64,000 nt of DNA, from NCBI GenBank assembly GCA_965648905.1, contig CBFGIT010000004.1, forward strand, positions 81,433 through 145,432, given 5' to 3'. Numbering within the stretch: position 1 is the stretch's first letter; each line of letters begins with the position of its first letter. Position numbers and translations under genes: made by a program. Below, piece after piece: positions 1 to 9,255 of the stretch. The DNA comes from a candidate division WOR-3 bacterium (GTDB taxonomy: Bacteria > Hydrothermota > Tepidihabitantia > Tepidihabitantales > Tepidihabitantaceae). The notes under the pieces were generated by a model. That model was not told the DNA's origin, ran no database searches, and was given only the letters and a program-made list of their open reading frames with translations.

Positions 1-957
1 GAGAAGATGTTCCCGCGCGACATCTGCCCGCTCATCAAGTCCACGCTCGGGCTGGCCTTTTCTAAGACCTGTCCGTACGGGCCGCTCAAGAGTTTGGCCG
101 TGGGCGAGACGACCTGCGATGCCAAGAAGAAGACCTGGGAAATCCTTGCCGGCAAGGTGAACTTCCACGTCATGGAGCTGCCACAGAAGAAGGACGCAAT
201 CGACTTCGAGCTCTGGCGCAACGCAGTGCGGGAGTTCCAGTCGAAGCTGGAAGACCTGTCCGGCACCAAGGTCACCAAAGAAGCGCTGGGCGAGTCGATT
301 CGGGTCATGAACAACAAGCGCCGGGCTTTGCAGGAGCTGGCCGAGCTGCGCAAGACCAGCCCGCCGCCGATTTCCGGGCTCGATGCTTTAGTCGTGATGC
401 AGGCAGCACTGTCGGATGAACCGGTGCGCTTCACTGCGGCCGTGAATCGGCTCAACGCCGAGCTGGTGCAGCGACGGGAAGACGGATTCTCGCCGGTCGC
501 CAGGAATGCAAGGCGGATAATGATTGCCGGCTGCCCTTCGGTGATGGGCAACTGGAAAGTCCACTCGCTCATTGAGCAGTCCGGTGCGGTCATCGTCCAT
601 GACGAAACCTGCACCGGCTCGCGTTACTTCGAGCACCTGATCGACGAGACCGCCCGAGACCTTGAAGGTCAGGTGAATGCCGTTGCCGACCGGTACATGA
701 AGATCGACTGCGCCTGTTTCACGCCCAACAAGGAGCGCATCGATTCGGTGGTGCAGAAGGCAAAGGAGTACAACGTCCAGGGCGTCGTGCAGTACGTGCT
801 TCAGACCTGCCACGGTTACAATATCGAAGCGATGCGCGTCGAAGCAGCGCTAAAGGCGGCAAACGTGCCAAGTCTGAAAATCGTCACCGACTACTCGGAA
901 GAAGACGCGGGGCAGTTGCGCACGCGGATCGAGGCGTTTGTCGAGCAACTCGGCTAG
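1..957 (+). CDS. 2-hydroxyacyl-CoA dehydratase family / double-cubane-cluster-type reductase (5'-truncated by window edge)
   Basis: Motifs RDICPLIKS, GETTCDAKKK, DETCTG, IDCACFTPN, LQTCHGYNIE, TDYS...TRIEAF; frame is open to position 1; followed by an activase gene. Confidence 0.85.
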   Translation, partial: EKMFPRDICPLIKSTLGLAFSKTCPYGPLKSLAVGETTCDAKKKTWEILAGKVNFHVMELPQKKDAIDFELWRNAVREFQSKLEDLSGTKVTKEALGESIRVMNNKRRALQELAELRKTSPPPISGLDALVVMQAALSDEPVRFTAAVNRLNAELVQRREDGFSPVARNARRIMIAGCPSVMGNWKVHSLIEQSGAVIVHDETCTGSRYFEHLIDETARDLEGQVNAVADRYMKIDCACFTPNKERIDSVVQKAKEYNVQGVVQYVLQTCHGYNIEAMRVEAALKAANVPSLKIVTDYSEEDAGQLRTRIEAFVEQLG

Positions 958-962
958 GAGGT

Positions 963-1727
963 CTTGTCAGGTCAGTTGGCATCGACATCGGCTCGCGCAC
1001 GACCAAGGTCGTGGTGCTTGAAGACGGCAGGCCGGTCCACTCGTGCGTCGCCGATACCGGCACCGACCCGCTCGGCGTTGCTCAGCGCCTGCTCGCTGAG
1101 GCCGGTACTGACCGGTTGGCACGTGTCATCGCCACCGGCTATGGCCGACACCTGGTCCGTGAGCACCTGGGCTGCACCGTCGTGACCGAGATAAGGGCCC
1201 ACGCGCTCGGCGCGAGCCGGCTATTCCCTGCCTGCCACACGGTAATTGACGTCGGCGGACAGGACAGCAAGGTGATAAGAGTCTCCGCGGGGAAGCAAGC
1301 AAACTTCGAGATGAACGACCGGTGCGCTGCCGGCACCGGTCGTTTCCTCGAAGTGATGGCCACGGCCCTGGGCTACACCCTGGCCGAGTTCGGTCGGGCT
1401 GCGCTCGAAGCCCCAAGCTCAGTGACCGTGAACTCGATGTGCACGGTCTTCTCCGAGTCCGAAGTAGTTTCGCTCATTGCCCGGGGTGCGGACAAGCACG
1501 CGATCGCTTGCGGTCTGCACGAGTCGATTGTTGACCGGCTGCTCGCCCTGGTCGGCCGGGTTGGAGCAGAGCCGGAAGTGGTCCTCTCCGGCGGTGTGGC
1601 ACTTAACCCATGCATCCGAACGTTGCTCGAAAGCCGGCTCGGGGTCCGGCTTCTGGTGCCGGACCGGCCGCAACTTGTCGGCGCGATTGGTGCGGCGCTG
1701 AGTGTGAATGGAGCAACGGCCGTATGA
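963..1727 (+). CDS. Acyl-CoA dehydratase activase (BadF/BadG/BcrA/BcrD ATPase, [4Fe-4S])
   Basis: In-frame GIDIGSRTTK upstream of the track start at 1011; ATGYGR, IDVGGQDSK, MNDRCAAGTGRF, SMCTVF, SGGVA; exact start codon unclear. Confidence 0.9.
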   Translation, partial: LVRSVGIDIGSRTTKVVVLEDGRPVHSCVADTGTDPLGVAQRLLAEAGTDRLARVIATGYGRHLVREHLGCTVVTEIRAHALGASRLFPACHTVIDVGGQDSKVIRVSAGKQANFEMNDRCAAGTGRFLEVMATALGYTLAEFGRAALEAPSSVTVNSMCTVFSESEVVSLIARGADKHAIACGLHESIVDRLLALVGRVGAEPEVVLSGGVALNPCIRTLLESRLGVRLLVPDRPQLVGAIGAALSVNGATAV

Positions 1728-1770
1728 ACGGCGTGCGCTATCTCTTTACACTCGGCCGGAGGTGGAACTC

Positions 1771-1950
1771 GTGACTCACGCTGCAAAGGGAGGCAGTCTG
1801 CCTTCCGCGACCGAAGTCCGCCGTGCAGTACCAATCGCGCTGCTGGTTGCCGGGCTAGTCTGCCTGGGAATCGCCACTCTCCTGCAACAATGGGCTCTTG
1901 TCCACCAAGTGAGTACCAGTATATGACTGCCGTGCATGGGCCTGGTTTAG
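1771..1950 (+). CDS. Small membrane selenoprotein with C-terminal UxxC (resembles the CD1871A-type CxxC small protein family), 59 aa
   Basis: GGAGGT RBS at 1758-1763, GTG 1771, one TM segment, in-frame TGA 1924-1926 read as Sec gives ...STSI-U-LPCMGLV, TAG 1948-1950; SECIS-like hairpin follows. Confidence 0.8.
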
Positions 1951-1954
1951 GCCC
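1938..1954 (+). promoter_or_regulatory. Candidate bacterial SECIS element
   Basis: GGGCCT-GGTTT-AGGCCC perfect hairpin starting 11 nt after the in-frame TGA. Confidence 0.75.
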
Positions 1955-2005
1955 CAAACCCGCTGTCGGAAGTCCGGCAGCACATGTTCCTGAAAGGAGG
2001 AACAC

Positions 2006-3802
2006 ATGACACCAAAGGCCGTGATTCAGGTTTTGCTGGCATTGGCTGCCACGGCCAGCGCATCGCACCGGGTGATGGTCATCGAAGACGTCACCGCCAC
2101 CTGGTGCACCTACTGCCCTGGAGCCGCGCGCGGGGCAGACGAGCTCAAGTTCCGGGCGTTCGATTCGGTGGTGGTTATCGGATACCACTCGTCCTCAAGC
2201 GACCCGTTCTATACCGCAACCGCGGCCGCCCGTATGAGCTACTACGGAGTAACGGGATATCCGACCGTGGTGCTCGACGGCTCCAACTCGATTGTCGGTG
2301 GTCTGCACACCGGTACGATGTACCCGACCTATCGTCAGTACTTTGACTACCGGAAAACCGTTCCGACGCCGCTCGAAATCGACCTGTCGGTTGCCTACGA
2401 TTCAGTGAGCCGTAACGGTACTCTTACCATCGTGGTGCGCAACATCGGTTCGTCCTCAGTCAGCGGCCAGTTGCAGGTCGCGCTCATCGAGAGCCACATC
2501 TACTATCCCTGGCAGGGGATGGACAGCCTGCAGGACGTCGAGCGAACCATGCTGCCAAATGCTTCAGGCGAGGCTATCACAGTCCCGGCCGGAGATTCAG
2601 TCGTTCGTACGCGCAGTTTCAGCATCAACCCGAGCTGGGTTGCGCGCAACTGCGACTTCGTAGTCTTTGTGCAGAACAACACGAATCGCGAGATGTTCCA
2701 GGGCGCGACAATCGCGGTCATCCCCGAGCCAGTGCTTCGGTTCGTCGGTTACCAGTCGGTGCTGCCCGCACCGGGCGGCGAGTTCGACCTGACCGTTGGT
2801 CTGCGCAACATCGGCTCAGCCAATGCTCAGGGCGCAAGCGCCGCGCTCTCAACCACCGACCCGAACGTGACCGTGCTCACCGCGAATGCGAACTTCGGGC
2901 CGATCAGGGTGGCCGAGGACGGTTACGCACAGACGCCGTTTCGCATCAGCGTGTCAAGTGGCTGTCCGGACCCGCATGTCGCCTCAATGCGCCTGGTCGT
3001 CACGGGCTCGGACTTCAGTATCGACACTGTCCTCTTCCCACTCAACATCACCGCGAGCCCGGGCTACTGCGACAACATGGAGTACGGCCAGCATGGCTGG
3101 ACGCACAACGGCATATTGGACAACTGGCACCTGACTACCTATCGCAGCGTGTCGCCGACTCACAGTTGGTACTGCGGCCAGGAAGGCAGCTATCAGTATA
3201 CCAACGAGAATGACGCCCGGCTGATGACGCCTTTCTACACCATCGGGGACTCAACCGCGATGCACTTCCAGCACTACTACGGCACTGAGCTGAACTATGA
3301 CTTCTGCCTGGTGGAAATCGGCAACGGTTCACCCTTCTGGTGGCCGCTCGCGCAGTACAGCGGCTCCTCATCAGGCTGGCAGCAGGCCGACTTCAACCTG
3401 GCCCGGTTCCAGGGGCAGACCGTGCAGGTCCGGTTCCGCTTCATCAGCGACTACAACGTGACCGGCGAAGGATGGTACATCGACGACTTCTGGAGCGGAG
3501 CGCTGACCGGGGTGGCGGAACGGTCGCATGGTCTGGTTCTTTCCACCGGGACAGGCAGCAACCCGTGCCATAAGAATGCGCGGTTGCACTATCAACTGCC
3601 CGCGGGCAGGGACGGCAGCATTGCGGTCTTCGACATCGACGGCCGCGTGGTGCGCTGCCTCAAAAGGTCAGTCACTGGTTCGGGTCGGGCCGACTGGAAC
3701 CTTGCCGATGACCTCGGACAGCCGGTAGGAAACGGGACCTACTTTGTCCGACTGAAGTCAGGCGACGCTGCTCAGACCGTGAAGCTCGCCGTAGTCAGGT
3801 AG
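2006..3802 (+). CDS. Secreted Omp28-like thioredoxin-fold protein with Ig/beta-sandwich domains and T9SS/FlgD-like C-terminal domain
   Basis: Signal peptide; EDVTATWCTYCP, GYPTVVLDG, VVFVQN; GWYIDD; C-terminal NGTYFVRL...KLAVVR; RBS AAAGGAGG. Confidence 0.8.
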   Translation: MTPKAVIQVLLALAATASASHRVMVIEDVTATWCTYCPGAARGADELKFRAFDSVVVIGYHSSSSDPFYTATAAARMSYYGVTGYPTVVLDGSNSIVGGLHTGTMYPTYRQYFDYRKTVPTPLEIDLSVAYDSVSRNGTLTIVVRNIGSSSVSGQLQVALIESHIYYPWQGMDSLQDVERTMLPNASGEAITVPAGDSVVRTRSFSINPSWVARNCDFVVFVQNNTNREMFQGATIAVIPEPVLRFVGYQSVLPAPGGEFDLTVGLRNIGSANAQGASAALSTTDPNVTVLTANANFGPIRVAEDGYAQTPFRISVSSGCPDPHVASMRLVVTGSDFSIDTVLFPLNITASPGYCDNMEYGQHGWTHNGILDNWHLTTYRSVSPTHSWYCGQEGSYQYTNENDARLMTPFYTIGDSTAMHFQHYYGTELNYDFCLVEIGNGSPFWWPLAQYSGSSSGWQQADFNLARFQGQTVQVRFRFISDYNVTGEGWYIDDFWSGALTGVAERSHGLVLSTGTGSNPCHKNARLHYQLPAGRDGSIAVFDIDGRVVRCLKRSVTGSGRADWNLADDLGQPVGNGTYFVRLKSGDAAQTVKLAVVR

Positions 3803-3809
3803 GAGAACG

Positions 3810-4604
3810 ATGTCTTTGTCAGTGGCGACCAGAGCCCTTGGTCTGGCCTCCTTTCTGGGCCTGGTCGCCCTGACCGGATGTTCTTCTGCGCCCGAGGTGT
3901 CGATTATCCCGACCAACCGCGTGGTGCTGGCTGAGCTCTTTACCTGGCAGCGCTGTTCCTACTGCCCCTATGCTGCGCGCACGCTCGACAGTCTGGCCCG
4001 TGAGTTCGCAGACAGCGTGGTCGTGGTAGCGTATCACCGCCGGGTTGCGGGTGATACGCTCTCGCCCGAGTACGTCGAGGAACGACGGGCCTACTACTAC
4101 GACCAGGGCGGCGAACCGGCCACGGTCTTTGACGGCGGACCGCCGGTGCGCACACCCGGGCCTGAGCACAACTACGCGACTTTCCGCAACTACATCTTGG
4201 CCGCAAAGAGCGTGACGCCCAAGGTCCAGCTCGACCTTGCCGCGGAGCTTGACTCGCTCGAAGGCACGGTCACGGTTGCGGCGCGCGGCGTCGACTCGAC
4301 ACCATCAGATACTCTGCAACTGTTTGTTGTGCTGGTTGAGGACAGCGTGCGCAAAGACCTGCCCGGCGCGACTGATTCGGTGTTCAACAGCGTCATGCGG
4401 GCGATGCTGCCTGGCCCGACCGGGCGACCGATTCGGCTCACACGACTGGATACGCTGACGGTCAAAGAGTCGTTCCCTCTTAACCAGAAGTGGAACCGCG
4501 CGCGGCTCGGGGTAGTGGCGTTTGTCCAGCACCCGACCACGCAACAGGTCCTGCAGGCGGCCGCCATCCACAGACTCGCAGATACGAAAGGAGTCCAACA
4601 ATGA
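3810..4604 (+). CDS. Omp28-like CxxC lipoprotein
   Basis: Lipobox LTGC; VLAELFTWQRCSYCP; VVAFVQ. Confidence 0.75.
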   Translation: MSLSVATRALGLASFLGLVALTGCSSAPEVSIIPTNRVVLAELFTWQRCSYCPYAARTLDSLAREFADSVVVVAYHRRVAGDTLSPEYVEERRAYYYDQGGEPATVFDGGPPVRTPGPEHNYATFRNYILAAKSVTPKVQLDLAAELDSLEGTVTVAARGVDSTPSDTLQLFVVLVEDSVRKDLPGATDSVFNSVMRAMLPGPTGRPIRLTRLDTLTVKESFPLNQKWNRARLGVVAFVQHPTTQQVLQAAAIHRLADTKGVQQ

Positions 4605-5272
4605 ACCACTCGACACTGAGGCTCTATTTCCTGGTTCTGGCAACAGGTGTCTTCCTTACCGACGCAACGGCGTTCTCTTCGCCGTTCAGTCTGGTCTGCC
4701 GCTCTGACACCGTGCAGCAGGTAGAACCAGGCGGCCAGTCCGAGTTTCATTTCACCTTGACCAACACCGGCACGCAGCCAGACGTCTACCGGCTTGACTA
4801 CCGTGTGCTCGACAGCGTACCCGGCTGGATTGTAGTCTGCTGCGTGCGCGGCCGATGCGCTGAGCCGGGCGTGCCGTTCTTCGACACGCTGGCACCGGGC
4901 GAGGCGGACTCCTCGCCCGACCTGACCGTGTACACCAACTCGACCCACGGCGAAGAGGTCGTCAATCTCAAAGTAACGTCACTGGGCGAGCCGCAGATGG
5001 TGGACTCAATCAGTACGCGTACACGCGTGGGCGCGGGCGTTGCTGAGCCGGGCCGCTCCTCCCGGGCTTGCCGGATTCAGCCCGCAGCGCGCGTCGTGCG
5101 TGACATGCTCTTGCTGGATGCTGAATGCTCGCCAGCCGTGTTGCTCGATGCCTGCGGCCGCAGTGTTCTCAGCCTGACCAGCGGCCCAAACCGAATTGCG
5201 CGGCTCGCCCCCGGCGTGTACTTCGTGCGCCCGACCGACCACAGACCGGGCGCAAAGGTCGTAGTGAACTAA
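4601..5272 (+). CDS. Secreted hypothetical protein, Ig-like domain plus short CTD
   Basis: ATG 4601 after AAAGGAG, overlapping the upstream stop; signal peptide; FTLTNTG; C-terminal LAPGVYFV...KVVVN. Confidence 0.7.
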   Translation: MNHSTLRLYFLVLATGVFLTDATAFSSPFSLVCRSDTVQQVEPGGQSEFHFTLTNTGTQPDVYRLDYRVLDSVPGWIVVCCVRGRCAEPGVPFFDTLAPGEADSSPDLTVYTNSTHGEEVVNLKVTSLGEPQMVDSISTRTRVGAGVAEPGRSSRACRIQPAARVVRDMLLLDAECSPAVLLDACGRSVLSLTSGPNRIARLAPGVYFVRPTDHRPGAKVVVN

Positions 5273-5311
5273 GCGCCACTCGACAATGGGCCAGGGTCGG
5301 CACAAACGGCG

Positions 5312-5578
5312 GTGACTACAGGAACGCGGCCCGGCAGGGTTCCTGCCGGCTCCTGCGAACCGGACGGCGTCGAGTTGGCCTTTGCGTCGGTGCGCGAGTT
5401 GCTGCGTGCCGGCGAGCTGCTCAGGTCGGCAGGCTTTGACGTACTGGTAGTCCCGCGCCGCGTTCCGGATTGCGGGGCGCTGCTGCTTCTCCCGCGTCGG
5501 TCGGTTGAGGCCGCACTCGCCTTGCTTGCAGCGCACTCAATTTCGCCCGTTGAGGAGGTGAATCATGAGCGACAGTAG
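5312..5578 (+). CDS. DUF3343-like protein (selenium-metabolism associated)
   Basis: LAFASVRELLRAGELL...VVPRRVPDCG pattern; lies directly before yedF. Confidence 0.6.
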   Translation: MTTGTRPGRVPAGSCEPDGVELAFASVRELLRAGELLRSAGFDVLVVPRRVPDCGALLLLPRRSVEAALALLAAHSISPVEEVNHERQ

Positions 5579-6176
5579 TTCTGGACCGCAGAAACCAGCA
5601 GTGGAGCTTGATGTCCGCGGACTTGTCTGCCCGGAGCCGGTGGTAAGAACAAGAAAGGCTTTGGAAAGCGCCACGGTGGGAACGGTCGTGACCGTTACGA
5701 CCGACAGCCCGGAGTCCCGGGACAACATCATTCGGTTTGCCCGGCGCTCAGGATGTCCGGCCGTGACCGAAGAAACAAAGTCGGGCGTCTTCATTGTTCG
5801 CATCACCAAGGCCAGTGTCCCCGGGCCGGTCTGCACGCGAACCGGCACAACCGTACTCGTTACATCAGAACGACTCGGTTCCGGTGACGACAAGCTGGGC
5901 AACCTGCTCATGACCCTGTTCCTGCGTACCCTGACCGAGCTGCCTTCACGACCATCGATTCTGGCGCTGATGAACGGCGGTATCAAACTGGCCTTGTCCG
6001 ACTCGGAGCATCTTCCGTCGCTGCGTAGCCTGGCTGACCAGGGTGTCAAGGTGATGGTCTGCGGCACCTGCCTTGATTTCTTCGGGGTCAAGGACCGCGT
6101 GTCGGTCGGCACTGTCTCCAACATGTACGAACTGGCCGAATCACTCGCGGCCGCCGAGAAGGTCATCGTACTCTAA
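5565..6176 (+). CDS. yedF: Sulfurtransferase-like selenium metabolism protein YedF (TusA + DsrE domains)
   Basis: LDVRGLVCPEPVV, LGSGDDKLG..LM, CGTCLDFF, VGTVSNMY. Confidence 0.9.
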   Translation: MSDSSSGPQKPAVELDVRGLVCPEPVVRTRKALESATVGTVVTVTTDSPESRDNIIRFARRSGCPAVTEETKSGVFIVRITKASVPGPVCTRTGTTVLVTSERLGSGDDKLGNLLMTLFLRTLTELPSRPSILALMNGGIKLALSDSEHLPSLRSLADQGVKVMVCGTCLDFFGVKDRVSVGTVSNMYELAESLAAAEKVIVL

Positions 6177-6189
6177 TCCAGGAGGAATC

Positions 6190-7239
6190 TTGAAGCGTCG
6201 TCTGCTCGACTACGCCAAGGCCGCGGGCTGAGCGGCCAAGGTCTGCCAGGAAGACCTGGCGCAGGTACTGCGTCAGCTTCCTGCCTTCTCGCATCCTGAC
6301 CTCCTGGTCGGCGGCGAGACCTCGGACGACGCCGGCGTGTACCGGCTCGACCCGGAACGCGCGCTCGTCTTGACCGTGGACGTGCTCACGCCGATTGCCG
6401 ACGACCCCTATGTCTTCGGCCAGATTGCCGCGGCCAACTCGCTATCCGACGTGTATGCCATGGGCGGCACGCCGGTCGCGGCCCTGAGCATCATCACCTT
6501 TCCGGTCGGCGAGATTGCGCATGACGACGTGCGGGCGATGCTCGCGGGCGCTTGGGACAAGGTGCGTGAGGCCGAAGCGGTCATCGCCGGCGGCCACACG
6601 CTCAAGGATGTCGAGGTCAAGTGCGGGCTTTCGGTCACCGGCCTGGTCCACCCGGACCGGGTGGTGAAGAACGTTGGCGCCAGACCCGGCGACACGCTGG
6701 TCCTTACCAAGCCACTCGGCACCGGTATCATCACCACTGCCTTGCGGGTCGACCTCGCGCCGGCGTCCGCAGTCGCTGAGGCAAACCGAGTGATGACAAC
6801 GCTGAACCGGGCTGCGGCTCGGGCCATGTGCGAGACCGGAGTTCATGCCGCGACCGATATCACCGGGTTCGGCCTGCTTGGCCATGCCTGGGAAATGGCG
6901 CAGACCGGCGACATAGACATCGTCATCGAAGCAGAACAGGTTCCGCTCATACCCGGGGCGCTGGACCTGGCTGGAGAGTCGCTCTTTCCTGCCGGCTCGC
7001 TTAAGAACTGCGACTTCATGAAATCGCGGGCCGACTTTGCTCCGTCCGTACCTGAAGACCGGCGCCTGCTCCTGTGCGATGCCCAGACATCAGGCGGGCT
7101 GCTCATGTCTGTTCCGGAAGCCCGGGCTGATTCGCTGCTGAACCGGCTTCACGATGCGGGTGTCCAAGAAGCCGCTGTTATCGGCCGGGTCCGGGAAGGT
7201 TCTGGCCGGATTCAGGTCACCTGGACTCCCCAACTGTGA
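6190..7239 (+). CDS. selD: Selenide, water dikinase (selenophosphate synthetase), itself a selenoprotein
   Basis: RBS AGGAGG, TTG 6190, MKRRLLDYAKAAG-U(TGA 6229-6231)-AAK in frame with DDAGVY, ANSLSDVYAMGG, GGHT, LTKPLG, TDITGFGL, DAQTSGGLL. Confidence 0.95.
6235..6260 (+). promoter_or_regulatory. Candidate SECIS hairpin of selD
   Basis: GCC(A)AGGTCT...AGACCTGGC stem, or alternatively GCCAGG-AAGA-CCTGGC, directly after the TGA. Confidence 0.55.
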
Positions 7240-7404
7240 TCCCACCGGCCACTCATGGGTAAGGTACGACCTGCCTGCCAAGGTCGAGGGTGCCGCCGCA
7301 GGCTGCATGCTCCGTGCCTGGCTGCTGCCGCATTGTGCTAGAACGAGACCACCATTGCTGACAAGACGATCAAAGCCGCGATGCCATGCTTCTTCCTGGC
7401 CTCG

Positions 7405-7785
7405 TCATCTCAATGCCAGTCCGTATCCGACAACATGCGGCTGACCGGATTCCAGCACAACCCTGCCCATCGCCTGCACGTTGCTGCCGACCCGCTGCGG
7501 GATAAAGACGTTGGTCGGGTGCATGTCTACATAGATGTCGCCGGTCCCGTCCTCCACCCATATCCAGCCGCCCGATGGGCACTCGCTCGTTATCTTCCCG
7601 GCCACAAGCACATCCCTACCCTCCCACGCCGTCGGGTTGTTCAGAATCTCCCGGGCGGACGTGATGACCATACCAGTGGAAATCGCCTTGCCGTAGGTGG
7701 CCGCCTTTGCCGCCGCACGCCGGCTGCCGCAGCCCACGACGGCTGCGGCAGCCATCAGGACCAGCCCCAATGCGAAGTACTTCAT
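7405..7785 (-). CDS. Lipoprotein with OB-fold-like domain
   Basis: Lipobox VVGC; VLVAGKITSECPSGGWIWVEDGTGDIYVD. Confidence 0.7.
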   Translation of the reverse strand: MKYFALGLVLMAAAAVVGCGSRRAAAKAATYGKAISTGMVITSAREILNNPTAWEGRDVLVAGKITSECPSGGWIWVEDGTGDIYVDMHPTNVFIPQRVGSNVQAMGRVVLESGQPHVVGYGLALR

Positions 7786-8495
7786 GTCATCTCCTTTGTT
7801 GTTTCTTCTCGGATAGCTCTGCCGTCCGAGAACTCGATAATCCTGTGTCCGACCCGGGCCAGCTCCGGGTCATGGGTCGCCACGATGATGCCCAATCCTT
7901 CGTCCGCGAGCCCGCGGAAGATACCGGTCACCGACTCGCGCGACTTCCTCTCCAGCCTGCCGGTCGGCTCGTCGGCGAGGAGAATCCTCGGTCGGTTGAC
8001 CAGGGCGCGCGCGATGGCAACACGCTGCATGTCACCACCGTTGAGATGACGCGGCAGCGCCTTACGCACCTTCTCGAGTCCGACGCGCTCGATCAGCTCG
8101 GCAACGCGGCCGCCATCGCGCCGGCGGGCGAAGACGAGCGGCAGCCTGATGTTCTCCTCGACCGTCAGGGTCGGAATCAGGTAGAACAACTGAAAAATGA
8201 ACCCGATGTGCTCGCGCCGGAACCGCACGAGCTCCTGCTCCTTCAGCCCGGCGACCTCGGTATCCGCAATCTTCAGGCTACCCCTTGTCGGCCGGTCTAG
8301 GCATCCGAGCTGGTTGAGCAGCGTGGTCTTGCCCGACCCGCTCCGCCCCATGACCGAGACAATTTCGCCCGTCCTCAGGTCAAGGTCAACACCGGCCAGG
8401 GCGTGGATGGTCTCGCCGCCACGGCGAAAGCTCCGCCACAGATTCCGTGCCTCAATCAACTTCCGATCGGCCGTCGGCAACCGGTCATTGGCCAT
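7782..8495 (-). CDS. ABC transporter ATP-binding protein (LolD/MacB type, degenerate signature)
   Basis: GRSGSGKT, LNGGDMQRVA, LLADEPTG. Confidence 0.92.
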   Translation of the reverse strand: MANDRLPTADRKLIEARNLWRSFRRGGETIHALAGVDLDLRTGEIVSVMGRSGSGKTTLLNQLGCLDRPTRGSLKIADTEVAGLKEQELVRFRREHIGFIFQLFYLIPTLTVEENIRLPLVFARRRDGGRVAELIERVGLEKVRKALPRHLNGGDMQRVAIARALVNRPRILLADEPTGRLERKSRESVTGIFRGLADEGLGIIVATHDPELARVGHRIIEFSDGRAIREETTKEMT

Positions 8496-8496
8496 T

Positions 8497-9255
8497 CTAG
8501 ATGACTCCGTCCTGAAGCCTTATGACCCGCGAGAACCGAGGTTCAAGACCTCGGTCATGGGTGGCGATGACCACGGTGAGGTTCGAGCCCAGGTTCAGGT
8601 CCGAAAGGAGGTTCAGGATCTCGTCGCGGGTTCTCGTATCAAGATTCCCGGTCGGCTCGTCGGCCAGAAGGAGTTTCGGGTCGTTGATGAGCGAGCGGGC
8701 AACCGCTACTCGCTGCATCTCACCGCCGGACAGCTCAACCGGCCGGTGCGTCATACGGTGTCCCAGCCCGACGCGCTCCAGCAGTTCCCGGGCGCGCGCG
8801 CCGGACTTGCCTGGAGGACACGATTCGAATTCGGCGGACCGATTGCGGTCACTTCCCCGTGCCGGGTCGTTGCTGCCCCATATCGTCGGCAGCAACACAT
8901 TCTCAAGTGCGCTCAGGTTCGGCATCAGGTAGAACTCCTGAAACACGAAGCCGATGTTGCGGCGCCGGAGTGCATCGAGCTTCACCCGGTGCCGAGTCAC
9001 ATCGTGTCCCAGTATGGTCAGTCGGCCCCCGGTGGGCCGGTCCATCAGGCCCAGCAGGTTTAGCAGTGTGGTCTTGCCCGCGCCCGAGTGGCCGACAACA
9101 CCAAGGAACTCACCCGACTCGATGCTCAGGTCAATGCCCTTGAGCGCGTGTATCTTCTCCGCCCCGCGCCGATACACCCTGGTCAGCCCGCGCGCCTCGA
9201 CTGCCTGGCCCGGCCCGCCATGCTGACTTCTGACTTCGACCGGGTCCACGCTCAC
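8497..9255 (-). CDS. ABC transporter ATP-binding protein (LolD/MacB type)
   Basis: GHSGAGKT, LSGGEMQRVA, LLADEPTGNLD; GTG 9255 overlaps the upstream TGA. Confidence 0.92.
   Translation of the reverse strand: MSVDPVEVRSQHGGPGQAVEARGLTRVYRRGAEKIHALKGIDLSIESGEFLGVVGHSGAGKTTLLNLLGLMDRPTGGRLTILGHDVTRHRVKLDALRRRNIGFVFQEFYLMPNLSALENVLLPTIWGSNDPARGSDRNRSAEFESCPPGKSGARARELLERVGLGHRMTHRPVELSGGEMQRVAVARSLINDPKLLLADEPTGNLDTRTRDEILNLLSDLNLGSNLTVVIATHDRGLEPRFSRVIRLQDGVI

Noticed and set aside
2090..2120. Sec in the Omp28-like proteins
   Set aside because: Both CxxC motifs use TGC/TGT codons; no in-frame TGA
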